DNA from: Candidatus Enterocloster excrementigallinarum
GTDB lineage: Bacteria; Bacillota; Clostridia; Lachnospirales; Lachnospiraceae
Assembly (NCBI GenBank): GCA_019119955.1
Contig: DWWB01000005.1
Coordinates: forward strand, 52,240-116,239
Length of the DNA stretch: 64,000 bases
Reading direction: 5' to 3'
A program made the translations under genes and the position numbers. Positions 1-9,346 of the stretch are shown here, in pieces; the first letter of the stretch is position 1; each line of letters opens with the position of its first letter. The notes beneath the pieces were generated by a model. It was not told where the DNA came from, did no database searches, and saw nothing but the letters and a program-made list of their open reading frames with translations.

Positions 1-237
1 GTCGAGCAGTGGGTATGGGACAACTGGGATGACGTAGTTGCCCTGTCCTTCTTGAGCTACGATGACAGCTTCTACGAGCTGATGCCCTACGAGGCCATTG
101 ATGAAGCAGAATATGAGCGCCGCAGGGCGGCCATGAAACCCTTTAATCCTTCTCTCCTGTCCCGGTATGAGCGGGAAGAGACAGAGCTGGATTTGGGAGA
201 CCCGGAATGTGCAGGAGGAGCCTGCCCCATCCGGTAA
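1..237 (+). CDS. nrdJ: Class II (adenosylcobalamin-dependent) ribonucleotide reductase, C-terminal fragment (5' partial)
   Basis: Frame is open from base 1 (VEQWVWDNWDDVVALSFLSYDD...YEAIDEAEY...) and ends ECAGGACPIR, the C-terminal redox Cys pair of monomeric class II RNRs. Confidence 0.8.
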   Translation, partial: VEQWVWDNWDDVVALSFLSYDDSFYELMPYEAIDEAEYERRRAAMKPFNPSLLSRYEREETELDLGDPECAGGACPIR

Positions 238-255
238 GATTTTCAATGGATATAA

Positions 256-296
256 AGGGAGCGCCTCGAAACCAGACGGATTTCGGTGCGCTCCCT
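256..296. terminator. Stem-loop between convergent nrdJ and TetR genes
   Basis: AGGGAGCGC...GCGCTCCCT inverted repeat with an inner CGAAA/TTTCG pair. Confidence 0.65.
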
Positions 297-306
297 CTCT
301 TTGCCG

Positions 307-942
307 CTACAAATCAACGGTCTTTTCATCTCTGTCCAAATCTTTATAAATGCCATGAAAATAAATTTTCATGAATTTCATGACGCTTTCTTTTGTGTAC
401 TCCGGCTCATTTTCCTTAAAATCGCAGTAATTGTAGGCGATAAAATCAATCATCAGATACATATAGGCCGCATGTTCCAAATCCACATCCTCCCGGAGAA
501 TCCCTTCCTCCCGGTCCCGTTCCAGATAATCCAGGACCTTGCTGTAAAACAGGGTGTTTTTGATATCCTCCACAAAAAGGGGATACAGCAGGGATTCTTT
601 GTTTTTCAGGATAATACGGAACAGAAGGTCTCTCGTCTTCGTCTCTGAGCCGGTACGGGCCTTCATCTTCTCTTGAAAATAGGAAAGCAGGGCCGGTGAA
701 TGGATCTGTTCCGGTTTTGGCTCCTCCTGCACCACCTGCAGGTCATAGAGATAGAGAAGCAGCTCATGTTTGCTGGAAAAGTATTTATACAGGCTTCCCA
801 CGGAAATTCCCGCATACTCCGCAATCCGATTCACGCTGGCCTTGCTGTAATGATCCCTGTATGCAGAAAATTCCTTCAGCGCCCCGTCGCAGATCCTCTT
901 CTGCTTATCTTCCGGCAGTCTGAAAAATGTATCGTAAGGCAT
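307..942 (-). CDS. TetR/AcrR family transcriptional regulator
   Basis: MPYDTFFRLPEDKQKRI...ALKEFS...SVNRIAEYAGISVGSLYKYFSSKHEL TetR HTH. Start moved to ATG 942, which follows a GGGAGG RBS. Confidence 0.9.
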   Translation of the reverse strand: MPYDTFFRLPEDKQKRICDGALKEFSAYRDHYSKASVNRIAEYAGISVGSLYKYFSSKHELLLYLYDLQVVQEEPKPEQIHSPALLSYFQEKMKARTGSETKTRDLLFRIILKNKESLLYPLFVEDIKNTLFYSKVLDYLERDREEGILREDVDLEHAAYMYLMIDFIAYNYCDFKENEPEYTKESVMKFMKIYFHGIYKDLDRDEKTVDL

Positions 943-983
943 AATCGTTATCCTCCCTTTGGATTCATTATATAAAACACAAA

Positions 984-1033
984 TTGACAAATCAAGAAAG
1001 TATGGTAATATAAAAGTGAGTCGACTCACTTTT
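984..1033 (+). promoter_or_regulatory. SigA-type promoter with perfect 22-bp palindromic operator (probable TetR site)
   Basis: TTGACA (984-989), 16-bp spacer, TGnTAATAT (-10 at 1006-1011), then AAAAGTGAGTCGACTCACTTTT at 1012-1033 over the predicted +1. Confidence 0.8.
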
Positions 1034-1088
1034 TTAAAGCAGGCGGCTTGTTACCCGATTCAAAAATACATACGGAAGGAATGGACAA

Positions 1089-2708
1089 ATGAGAGAAAAG
1101 GAATTTACCTTCAGAGCGATTTTTTTCGGCATCCTGGTGGGCATAATCCTCCAGTGCGTTATGGTCTATCTGGATGCGGTAGCCGGTTTGGATATGAATG
1201 TATCCTCCATTGCCACTATGCTGGGAATCCTGCTTATGCCCCTGGTTGGCGGCGCCGTCAGCATACGGGAAGTGAATATCATGCAGACCTGCGCATCGGC
1301 CGTGGCCCTGTGCTACGGTTCCATGACCGGAAATTACATGGCCATGATGCTGACCGGACAGAAATTTGACTGGCTCGGCACCCTGATTCCGATTTTTCTG
1401 GCAAACTCCATCGGAATCTGTGTTGTTTCTCTTCTGCGCAATCAGTTTGTTTTTGACGAAAAACTTTCCTTCCCTCAGTCTGTTATGGCCCGGACCGCCC
1501 TGGAAAAGGTTGGAAAACTCTCCGGCCGGGAAGCCAGGCTCCTTTATCTGGGAATCGCTGTTGGAGGCGTGATTTCTCTTCTTCAGAATTTCGGTTTTCT
1601 TCCCTCTTCCATCGATTTTACACCCCTTCTGCTGGAGCACATGACATTGGGGGTATTGGTGATGCCCCTGATTCTCGGGCTGGGATATATGATTGGCTCC
1701 AGGGCAAGTCTGTGCATGCTGGCTGCCGCACTTCTGGTCAATCTGGTTGAAGCTCCCTTGGGCGTCCGCAGCGGCTGGTTTGAAGATCCTGCGGAAAAAT
1801 TTTCTTCCATGCAGAATTTTAATCTGCCCGCAGTCATCGGCATCTCGCTCTGCGCCGCCATCCTCCCGCTGCTGGGCCAGTGGCGCACCTTCGTGGACCT
1901 GTTCAAGATGAAGGACAGCAAGGACGAGACCTCCGACATACCCTTTTTGAAGATTCTCTTCCTGCTGATTGCCTCCATGGCCGCCATCACCCTGTTCTGC
2001 CGTTTTTATTACGGCGTGGGCATCCCGCTGATGATCTTCTCCCTGCTGCTCTCCTGCTTTTTCGCCATTATCACCGTGCGGGTCCAGGCTGAATCCGGGC
2101 TGACCGCCTCCATGGCCTTAAACATCTGCCAGATTTTCATTGTATACGCCCTGACCAGGAACACCATGCTGTCCCTGCTCATCCCCTTTATCAGCATGAA
2201 CATCTTCGTCCTGGCTCAGAATACCATGGGCGATCTGAAAACAGGACAGATGGTGGGATCTTCTCCCAAAAAGCAGATCTGGGCCCAGTACGCGGGCATC
2301 TTAGCCGGTTCCGTTTTTGCGGTCATTATCTTCTACGGACTGGTCACCCTCTACGGGCTGGAATCAGAGAAGTTCTCCTATCCCGTGGCCCATATGTACC
2401 AGTCCCTGATTTCCGGAGTCGCGGAATCCGGGGCGGCGGAAATGTTCAATCTGGGCAGATTTGGGATCGGAGGAGCCATCGGCGCCCTTCTCTCCCTCCT
2501 TGGACTTCCGGCCGGCGGAATCGCCCTGGCCCTCTATCTGGCACCCACCACCATCCTGGGCGTCGCCCTGGGCGGACTGATCCGTCTGGCCATTGAAAAA
2601 GCCAAAGGAAAAGAGACCGCGGCTCGTTTCATCAATGTCTCCACCGGCTTCGCCATCGGCGACGGCGTTGTCTGTGTCATCGTACTCTTAGTCACCTTAC
2701 TTTCTTAA
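1089..2708 (+). CDS. OPT (oligopeptide transporter) family membrane protein
   Basis: N-terminal EFTFRAIFFGILVG, REVNIMQTCASA, L.FPQS, MGDLKTGQMVGSSPKKQIWAQ..G motifs; many hydrophobic segments. Confidence 0.85.
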   Translation: MREKEFTFRAIFFGILVGIILQCVMVYLDAVAGLDMNVSSIATMLGILLMPLVGGAVSIREVNIMQTCASAVALCYGSMTGNYMAMMLTGQKFDWLGTLIPIFLANSIGICVVSLLRNQFVFDEKLSFPQSVMARTALEKVGKLSGREARLLYLGIAVGGVISLLQNFGFLPSSIDFTPLLLEHMTLGVLVMPLILGLGYMIGSRASLCMLAAALLVNLVEAPLGVRSGWFEDPAEKFSSMQNFNLPAVIGISLCAAILPLLGQWRTFVDLFKMKDSKDETSDIPFLKILFLLIASMAAITLFCRFYYGVGIPLMIFSLLLSCFFAIITVRVQAESGLTASMALNICQIFIVYALTRNTMLSLLIPFISMNIFVLAQNTMGDLKTGQMVGSSPKKQIWAQYAGILAGSVFAVIIFYGLVTLYGLESEKFSYPVAHMYQSLISGVAESGAAEMFNLGRFGIGGAIGALLSLLGLPAGGIALALYLAPTTILGVALGGLIRLAIEKAKGKETAARFINVSTGFAIGDGVVCVIVLLVTLLS

Positions 2709-2725
2709 AAGAACAGGAGGAGAAC

Positions 2726-4456
2726 ATGTTTGATCTTCTAATCAAGGGCGGAAGTGTATGCGATGGTTCCGGCGCCGCAGCCTACACGGCGGATATCGCC
2801 GTCAAGGACGGACAGATTGCAGCCATTGGAACCTTCCCGGAGGAAACGGCGCAGACGGTCATCCACGCCGCAGGCAAAACCGTAACGCCCGGCTTCATCG
2901 ACCCGCACACCCATGTGGACAAAACGATTTTGCTGGCCCCGGAGCTGGAGCCATATTTAAAGCAGGGTGTTACCACCGTAGTGACCGGGAACTGCGGACA
3001 GAGCCCCGCTCCTTTAGGAGATGAGGTCTTCTATGGGAGCATGCAGAATTTTCAGTATCTGGAGCAGACCGGAGCGGACCTTTTTGAGATGGTTTCCTTC
3101 TTTCAGGATAAGGCCAGAGCAAAAAAGGCCATGAAAGAAATCTTCTCCGTGGATTTGGACTGGGACAGCTTCGGCTCCTTCTGGGAAAAGGCCGGAACGC
3201 TTCCCCTGGGCGGAAACATCGTGCCTCTGGCCGGCTATAACGCCATACGGACCGCTGTCATGGGAAAGGACTGTTTAAGGCCTGCCCGTCCGGATGAGTT
3301 AAAACAGCTGGAGCTTCTCACCGAGCGCTGTATGGAGCAGGGGGCCTTCGGGCTCTCCACCGGAAGAGACCCCAACTATGTTCCGGGGCCCTGGGCTTCC
3401 GACGAAGAAATGATTCCCATGCTCCGCATCGTGAAAAAATACGACCGGATATTTACCAGCCACACCTACAACGTGGATTCCAGAGGAAAGAACGACCGCA
3501 TGGGCGGTTACCGGGAAATGATGGGCCAGGCAAAGGCGGCCCAGGTACGCTCCAATGTCTCCCATGTCCATATTTCCGGCATGGCCGGCACTGCCAGGGA
3601 GGCTGCTCTGGCAGCGGAACGGACTCTGGAATATTTCCATCAGGTCCGGCAGGAAGGCGTTGACCTTTCCTTCGATATCATACCGGATGTGGCCTTTTCT
3701 GATTTTACCCTGCCCTATTTCAGCTTTTTCCTCAAAGGCCTGGTCGTCATGTCCGGGAGCCGCCGCCAGCTGGCCCGCAATTTCAGACGGGAGGAATTCC
3801 GTCAGATGGTCCGCCAGATGGTCCGAAACGGGAAAATGGCATATTTTAATCCGGATGTAAAAGGAAATGATTACTGGTTTAGCGGAATCATGGTCACCCG
3901 CCATCAAGACAGCCGGTTTTTAAGAAAAACCCTGATGGGATGCGCCCAAATAATAGGAAAAAATCCTCTGGAATCCATTATGGACCTGTTTGCCGAAGAC
4001 CCCGATATGGCTGCGGACTTTTTAATGGAGGATTACCTAGATTGTTCCCTGGATGTGTTGTTTTCCCATCCCCTGTCCATGCCCTGTTCCGATGGGCAAT
4101 CCTACCCCAGAACCTATAACTGGACCGGCAGCCAGGAGGTTCCCATCTACTGCAATGCCACCAACGCAGGATTTATGCCGGAATACCTGCGGCGCTTCGG
4201 CAAGCAGGATTTTGAGGAGGCCGTCAGACGGGCCACCTCCCTTCCGGCCCGGCGGTTCGGCATCCGGCAGAGAGGGGAAATCGCCGTTGGAAATTACGCG
4301 GACCTTGTGGTCCTGGACCGGGAGCGCTTAAAAAGCTTTGGGGCGGAACGGGACCCTGAGGGCATCGAGTATGTGATCGTAAATGGAGAAATCGCCGCCA
4401 GACAGGGTCAGCTGACCGGCAGCTATAAGGGCCAGGTACTGAGGCCCGGCCGGTAG
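2726..4456 (+). CDS. N-acyl-D-amino-acid deacylase (D-aminoacylase)-like amidohydrolase
   Basis: FDLLIKGGSVCDGSG, PGFIDPHTH, TTVVTGNCG, FTSH, SHVH, CSDG metal-ligand motifs; C-terminal GNYADLVVLD...GIEYVIVNG. Confidence 0.85.
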   Translation: MFDLLIKGGSVCDGSGAAAYTADIAVKDGQIAAIGTFPEETAQTVIHAAGKTVTPGFIDPHTHVDKTILLAPELEPYLKQGVTTVVTGNCGQSPAPLGDEVFYGSMQNFQYLEQTGADLFEMVSFFQDKARAKKAMKEIFSVDLDWDSFGSFWEKAGTLPLGGNIVPLAGYNAIRTAVMGKDCLRPARPDELKQLELLTERCMEQGAFGLSTGRDPNYVPGPWASDEEMIPMLRIVKKYDRIFTSHTYNVDSRGKNDRMGGYREMMGQAKAAQVRSNVSHVHISGMAGTAREAALAAERTLEYFHQVRQEGVDLSFDIIPDVAFSDFTLPYFSFFLKGLVVMSGSRRQLARNFRREEFRQMVRQMVRNGKMAYFNPDVKGNDYWFSGIMVTRHQDSRFLRKTLMGCAQIIGKNPLESIMDLFAEDPDMAADFLMEDYLDCSLDVLFSHPLSMPCSDGQSYPRTYNWTGSQEVPIYCNATNAGFMPEYLRRFGKQDFEEAVRRATSLPARRFGIRQRGEIAVGNYADLVVLDRERLKSFGAERDPEGIEYVIVNGEIAARQGQLTGSYKGQVLRPGR

Positions 4457-4498
4457 ACGGCTCAGGATCGCAAATATTTTCATGAGGAGCATGTACAT

Positions 4499-5878
4499 AT
4501 GAAACGAGAAAATGCATGGAACAGCTATGGGAAAGACCAGTTAAAGGAGTTGGAGGCCCTCTGCGCCCATTACCGGAGCTTTCTCGACCAGAGCAAGACG
4601 GAGCGGGAGTGCGTGAAATCGGCAGTGGTCATGGCCGAAGCCGCAGGCTACCGGAATCTGGCCCAGGTCATAAAGGACCGGCAGAGCCTGAAGGCCGGAG
4701 ATAGGGTTTACGCCGTCTCCATGGAAAAAACCGCAGTGCTGTTTCATCTGGGGACCAAGGCGCTGGAAAAAGGGATGAATATCCTGGCAGCCCACATTGA
4801 CTCCCCCAGACTGGATGTGAAGCAGAATCCGCTCTACGAGGAGGGGAAACTGGCCTATCTGGACACCCACTATTACGGAGGCATCAAGAAATACCAGTGG
4901 GCCGCCCTTCCCCTTGCCATCCATGGCGTTGTGGTGAAAAAGGACGGCCGCCAAATCCCCGTCGTCATCGGGGAGTCGGAGGAAGAACCGGTAGTCGGCG
5001 TAACGGACCTGCTCCCCCATCTGGCCAAGGTGCAGATGGAGAAAAAGGCTTCCGATGTCATTGAAGGCGAGAAACTGGATGTGTTAATCGGCAGCCGCCC
5101 GCTGGCCGGCCAGGAACAGGAGGCCGTTAAGGCCTGCCTGCTAAAGCTTTTCAAGGATTCCTATGGCATCGAGGAGGATGATTTTCTGTCCGCGGAACTG
5201 GAAATCGTGCCGGCAGGGAAAGCCAGGGAAGCGGGTCTGGACCGCAGTATGATCATGGCCTACGGACAGGACGACCGGGTGTGCGCCTTCACCTCCCTGG
5301 CCGCTCTTTTAAATGTGGACCAGGTGGAGAGGACCTCCTGCTGCATCCTGACCGATAAGGAGGAAATCGGGAGTGTAGGCGCCACCGGCATGGAATCCCG
5401 CTTCTTTGAGAACGCCGCGGCGGAGCTGATGGACCGGATGGGGGAATACAGCGAACTGAAGCTGCGAAGATGTCTGGCTAATTCCAGGCTTCTCTCCTCC
5501 GATGTGAACGCCGCCTACGACCCCCTCTACGCCGATGCCTATGAGTCCAGAAACGCTTCCTTTTTGGGAAAAGGCATGGTATTCAACAAATTTACCGGAG
5601 CACGGGGAAAGTCCGGCTCCAATGACGCCAATGCGGAATACATCGCCCGTCTTCGCCGCATCCTGGACGAGGAACACATACACTATCAATTTGCCGAACT
5701 GGGCAAAGTGGATTTAGGAGGCGGGGGGACCATCGCCTATATCCCGGCCCGCTACGGGATGGAGGTCATCGACTGCGGCATCGCCGTCCTCAATATGCAC
5801 GCCCCCTGGGAGATTACCAGCAAGGCCGACCTCTATGAAACGAAAAAAGGCTATGAAGCTTTCCTGAAGAAAGCCTGA
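4499..5878 (+). CDS. M18 family aminopeptidase (ApeA/aminopeptidase I type)
   Basis: AAHIDSPRLD, THYYGGIKKYQW, GQDDRVCA, DKEEIGS, SSDV, MHAPWE motifs. Confidence 0.9.
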   Translation: MKRENAWNSYGKDQLKELEALCAHYRSFLDQSKTERECVKSAVVMAEAAGYRNLAQVIKDRQSLKAGDRVYAVSMEKTAVLFHLGTKALEKGMNILAAHIDSPRLDVKQNPLYEEGKLAYLDTHYYGGIKKYQWAALPLAIHGVVVKKDGRQIPVVIGESEEEPVVGVTDLLPHLAKVQMEKKASDVIEGEKLDVLIGSRPLAGQEQEAVKACLLKLFKDSYGIEEDDFLSAELEIVPAGKAREAGLDRSMIMAYGQDDRVCAFTSLAALLNVDQVERTSCCILTDKEEIGSVGATGMESRFFENAAAELMDRMGEYSELKLRRCLANSRLLSSDVNAAYDPLYADAYESRNASFLGKGMVFNKFTGARGKSGSNDANAEYIARLRRILDEEHIHYQFAELGKVDLGGGGTIAYIPARYGMEVIDCGIAVLNMHAPWEITSKADLYETKKGYEAFLKKA

Positions 5879-5935
5879 GGATTCCGTCATCTTTATGGGA
5901 AATCCGGTATGTTTTTTGCAGATGAGCCATATATG

Positions 5936-5975
5936 AAAAATCCGGAGTCTCCGCTTTGAAAGGCTCCGGATTTTT
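5936..5975. terminator. Bidirectional intrinsic terminator
   Basis: AAAAATCCGGAG...CTCCGGATTTTT with A/T runs on both sides. Confidence 0.8.
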
Positions 5976-5983
5976 GATTTACG

Positions 5984-6130
5984 TCATCCGTTTTTCGCCT
6001 GCTTCATAACCGCCTGCCACTGAGCGGCGCTCAGTTGTGCACATTTTTGTACCCTCTCCGGAGCCGCGCCTTCTCTCAGCATGCTCCCTTTTCGATTCCC
6101 TCGAACCTGTTTCTCCGGCTCATTTCTCAT
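5984..6130 (-). CDS. Possible 48-aa small protein (or sRNA)
   Basis: AAAGGAG upstream of ATG 6130; TTTACA-17-TATGAT promoter at 6177-6149; ends at the shared terminator. No recognisable domain. Confidence 0.3.
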   Translation of the reverse strand: MRNEPEKQVRGNRKGSMLREGAAPERVQKCAQLSAAQWQAVMKQAKNG

Positions 6131-6311
6131 AGACAGACTTCTCCTTTCATCATACAGTATTTTTTGTTTTCTGTAAATTTTTTGCTTTGGAATGGTTCCG
6201 AACATAACAGACTACTTCCTAATCCTATGTCCTGACCACGCAGATGCAGACAGGAGGCCGTCCGAACCGACAGCCTCCCATTTTCTGAAATTGTATTTCA
6301 ATTATCCCTTA

Positions 6312-8303
6312 TCAGATATGATTTGCCACCTCGAAAGCATCCCAGATCCCATACATAATGTTGGATACCTTCTTGGCATCTCCCAGCAGGTAGAGCTCCG
6401 GCACATCAAATTCCAGCTCATGGTACAGGGAATTTTCTTCCTTGTATCCCACTGCCAGGATCACGCTGTCACAGGGGATCTCCTTTTCTCCCTCTGCCGT
6501 ATCCGCCTTCAGAATACCATTTTGATACTCCTTCACCCGGGCCCCGGTGGTTACCTGAATCCCCTTGTAGGGAACCAGGCGCTCCAGCATGTCCTTATTG
6601 GCATGGCACAGAGGGCCGTTCACCGCCAGGATCTTGTCCAGGGCCTCCACGATGGTCACATTTTTTCCCTGTTCTCTCAGCCAGAGGGCGGTTTCACAGC
6701 CCACCAGTCCTCCGCCGATGATGACCGTATCCGTTCCGCAGTCCGCTTCCCCAAGAAGCACCTGGGAAGCGGTATAAACATGGGCGTCATCCCCCAGGGA
6801 GAAGCGCTTGGGTGTGGAACCGGTGGCTAAAATCACCGCATCGTAATCTCCTTCCAGGATTTCCTCTTTGGTGACCTCATGGTTTAAGTAAACCGGAACC
6901 CGAAGCTCCTTTAAAGTCTTAGCGTACCAGTCCGCCAAGGCAAGGTCGTCCTCCTTGAAATCCGGCGCTCCTCCGGGAATCAGATTGCCTCCCAGACGGC
7001 TTCCCTTCTCATAAAGGGAGGGTTCATGGCCCCGGATGGCCAGCACTCTGGCCGCCTCGCAGCCTGCCACGCCGCCTCCCACAATCAGCACCTTCTTCTT
7101 TCTGAGAATGGGCTCGTAGGCCATATCCCGCTCTCTGGCTGCCTGGGGATTGACCGCGCAGTTAATCATGGAGTACTCCTGCACTCTTCCCATGCATCCT
7201 TCCTGACAGGAGATGCAGGGGCGGATACAGCCTCTTCTTCCTGCCCGCAGTTTGTTCACATAATCCGGGTCCGCCAGAAGGGGACGGCCCAGGCTGATGA
7301 TATCGCACTCGCCATTTTCAAGGGCTTCCAGAGCCATATCCGGGTCGTCCATACGGCCTGCGCAGAGTACCGGCACATCCACCACTTCCTTTACCATCTT
7401 ACAGTAGGGACGGTACAGCCCCTTCTTCTGGTACATCGGCGGATGATTCCACCACCAGGCGTCGTAGGTTCCCACATCCGTATCCAGGGCGTCGTAGCCG
7501 TATTCCACCAGCAGCTTGGCGGCCTGAAGTCCTTCTTCAATATCCCGGCCTTTTTCCTCAAACTCCTCTCCCGGGAGAGCTCCCTCTCGCCAATCCTTAA
7601 TCATGCTCTTGACGCTGAACCGCAGGGCGACTGGGAAATCCTGTCCGCAGCGGGACTTAATCTCCTCCACCACCTCTCTGGCAAAGCGCAGACGGTTCTC
7701 CAGGGAGCCGCCGTACTCATCGGTCCTCTGATTGAACATGGAAATGGCAAACTGGTCCAGCAGGTATCCTTCATGGACGGCGTGAATCTCCACTCCGTCA
7801 AATCCGGCCCGCTTGGCATTGTAGGCGCCGTCTCCGAAGGACTTGACGATGCTGTGAATCTCCTCCACGGTCAGAGGCCGGCAGATTTTATCCAGCCAGC
7901 GGTGGGGAATGGCGGAAGGCGCCACCGGCGGGAACTCACCTAAGTTGGTGGGAATGGTTACCCGTCCAAACCCGGCGGACATCATCAGGAAGATTTTGCT
8001 TTCGTAGGCATGGACCCGCTCCGTCATCTCCCTGGCTGTGCGGATAAAATGAACAGGATTGTAGGTAGAGTTTGGACAGTTGGGCATGCTCTGGGTCTCC
8101 ACCTTGCAGTCGGAAAAGGTCACCCCCGTAATAATCAGGCCCGTACCTCCCTTAGCCCGCTCGGTATAATAGTCGATTCCCCTCTGGTTGAAACCTCCCT
8201 GGGCGTCTGCCAGTCCCAAGGGGCCCATGGGCGCCATGGCGAAACGGTTCTTGATGACCACAGAACCAATCTTCACCGGCGTAAACAGGTTCTTGTACTT
8301 CAT
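6312..8303 (-). CDS. 2-enoate reductase (FldZ/Enr-like FMN/FAD/[4Fe-4S] oxidoreductase, OYE family)
   Basis: KNRFAMAPMGP, EIHAVHEGYLLDQF, YDAWWWNHPPMYQKKGLY, CISCQEGC..CAVNP Fe-S motif, two GGGxxG Rossmann motifs; as recalled, closely resembles clostridial FldZ. Confidence 0.85.
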   Translation of the reverse strand: MKYKNLFTPVKIGSVVIKNRFAMAPMGPLGLADAQGGFNQRGIDYYTERAKGGTGLIITGVTFSDCKVETQSMPNCPNSTYNPVHFIRTAREMTERVHAYESKIFLMMSAGFGRVTIPTNLGEFPPVAPSAIPHRWLDKICRPLTVEEIHSIVKSFGDGAYNAKRAGFDGVEIHAVHEGYLLDQFAISMFNQRTDEYGGSLENRLRFAREVVEEIKSRCGQDFPVALRFSVKSMIKDWREGALPGEEFEEKGRDIEEGLQAAKLLVEYGYDALDTDVGTYDAWWWNHPPMYQKKGLYRPYCKMVKEVVDVPVLCAGRMDDPDMALEALENGECDIISLGRPLLADPDYVNKLRAGRRGCIRPCISCQEGCMGRVQEYSMINCAVNPQAARERDMAYEPILRKKKVLIVGGGVAGCEAARVLAIRGHEPSLYEKGSRLGGNLIPGGAPDFKEDDLALADWYAKTLKELRVPVYLNHEVTKEEILEGDYDAVILATGSTPKRFSLGDDAHVYTASQVLLGEADCGTDTVIIGGGLVGCETALWLREQGKNVTIVEALDKILAVNGPLCHANKDMLERLVPYKGIQVTTGARVKEYQNGILKADTAEGEKEIPCDSVILAVGYKEENSLYHELEFDVPELYLLGDAKKVSNIMYGIWDAFEVANHI

Positions 8304-8371
8304 AAGCTTCTCCTTTCGTTATTCTTTTAACAAAATCATACCACAAAAAATTGCCGCTCTCCATCAACCAT

Positions 8372-9259
8372 TCATTGATGGGCGGCAACCTTTTGTTTCC
8401 TCAGATATTCCGCAAAAAGCCGGACGTTTTCATATTCCGCCGTTTCCTTCCGGCTGGCCCCATAGACCTCCCATTTCAGTTCCTCCTCAAAGGGCAGCAG
8501 CCTTAAACCCTCCATCTGGAATTCTTCCCGGTAAAATTCCGGGACCACCGCCAGCCCCACCTTCTGGCTGCACAGGCGGTAAAGGCCGGCCCCGTCGGCC
8601 GTTTTTGCCACCACATTGGGTGTGATTCCCTTTAAGGCGCAGCAGGCAGTAAAATCGTGGTACAGGCGAAAGGACTCGTTCATCAGAAGAAGGGGCTCCC
8701 CCGCAAGTCGTTCAAAACTTACCTGCGCTTCCTGATACAGGGGATGCCCCTCATAGACCATCAGGCAGAGGCGGCAGCCGGTAATCCTGCGGCTCTCCAC
8801 CGTCTCCTCGTCCCAGCTGCCAATCACAAAACCATACTCAATCTCCGAAGACAGCAGCTTTTCCTTTACCTGGTCGTTGGGATACTCCCTCCACTCCAGA
8901 CGCAGCTGGGGATGGGCCTTCCCAAAGGCCAGGATTAAGGACAGGGGCAACAGGTTCAGAACCCCGTTGGCGCAGCCGATTCTCAGCCGCTCCTTCCGCT
9001 GCTCCAGCTGGCGAAGCCCGTGCTCAATCTCCTCCAGCTCCCGTATGACCCGCTCGGACTTTTCATAGAGAAAATGTCCCCCTTCCGTAGGCTCCATCCC
9101 CTGGGCCGTGCGCAGAAACAGAGAACTCCCCAGCTCCTCCTCCAGCTGCCGGATATTCTTGCTCAAGCCCTGCGGCGTAATATACAGTCGCCTGGCGGCC
9201 CGGCCCAGATTCTTCTCCTCATAGACGGTCTGAAAGCATTTCAGAATCTTTGTGTTCAT
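8372..9259 (-). CDS. LysR family transcriptional regulator
   Basis: LKCFQTVYEEKNLGRAARRLYITPQGLSKNIRQLEEELGSSLFLR HTH plus substrate-binding domain. Confidence 0.92.
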   Translation of the reverse strand: MNTKILKCFQTVYEEKNLGRAARRLYITPQGLSKNIRQLEEELGSSLFLRTAQGMEPTEGGHFLYEKSERVIRELEEIEHGLRQLEQRKERLRIGCANGVLNLLPLSLILAFGKAHPQLRLEWREYPNDQVKEKLLSSEIEYGFVIGSWDEETVESRRITGCRLCLMVYEGHPLYQEAQVSFERLAGEPLLLMNESFRLYHDFTACCALKGITPNVVAKTADGAGLYRLCSQKVGLAVVPEFYREEFQMEGLRLLPFEEELKWEVYGASRKETAEYENVRLFAEYLRKQKVAAHQ

Positions 9260-9346
9260 GTCTCAACCTCTGCCCTGAAAAATTTGCGTAATCCTTCATC
9301 GCTCCGGGCCTATTATAACAGCTTTTTCTGTTTTCGGGAAGAGAGC

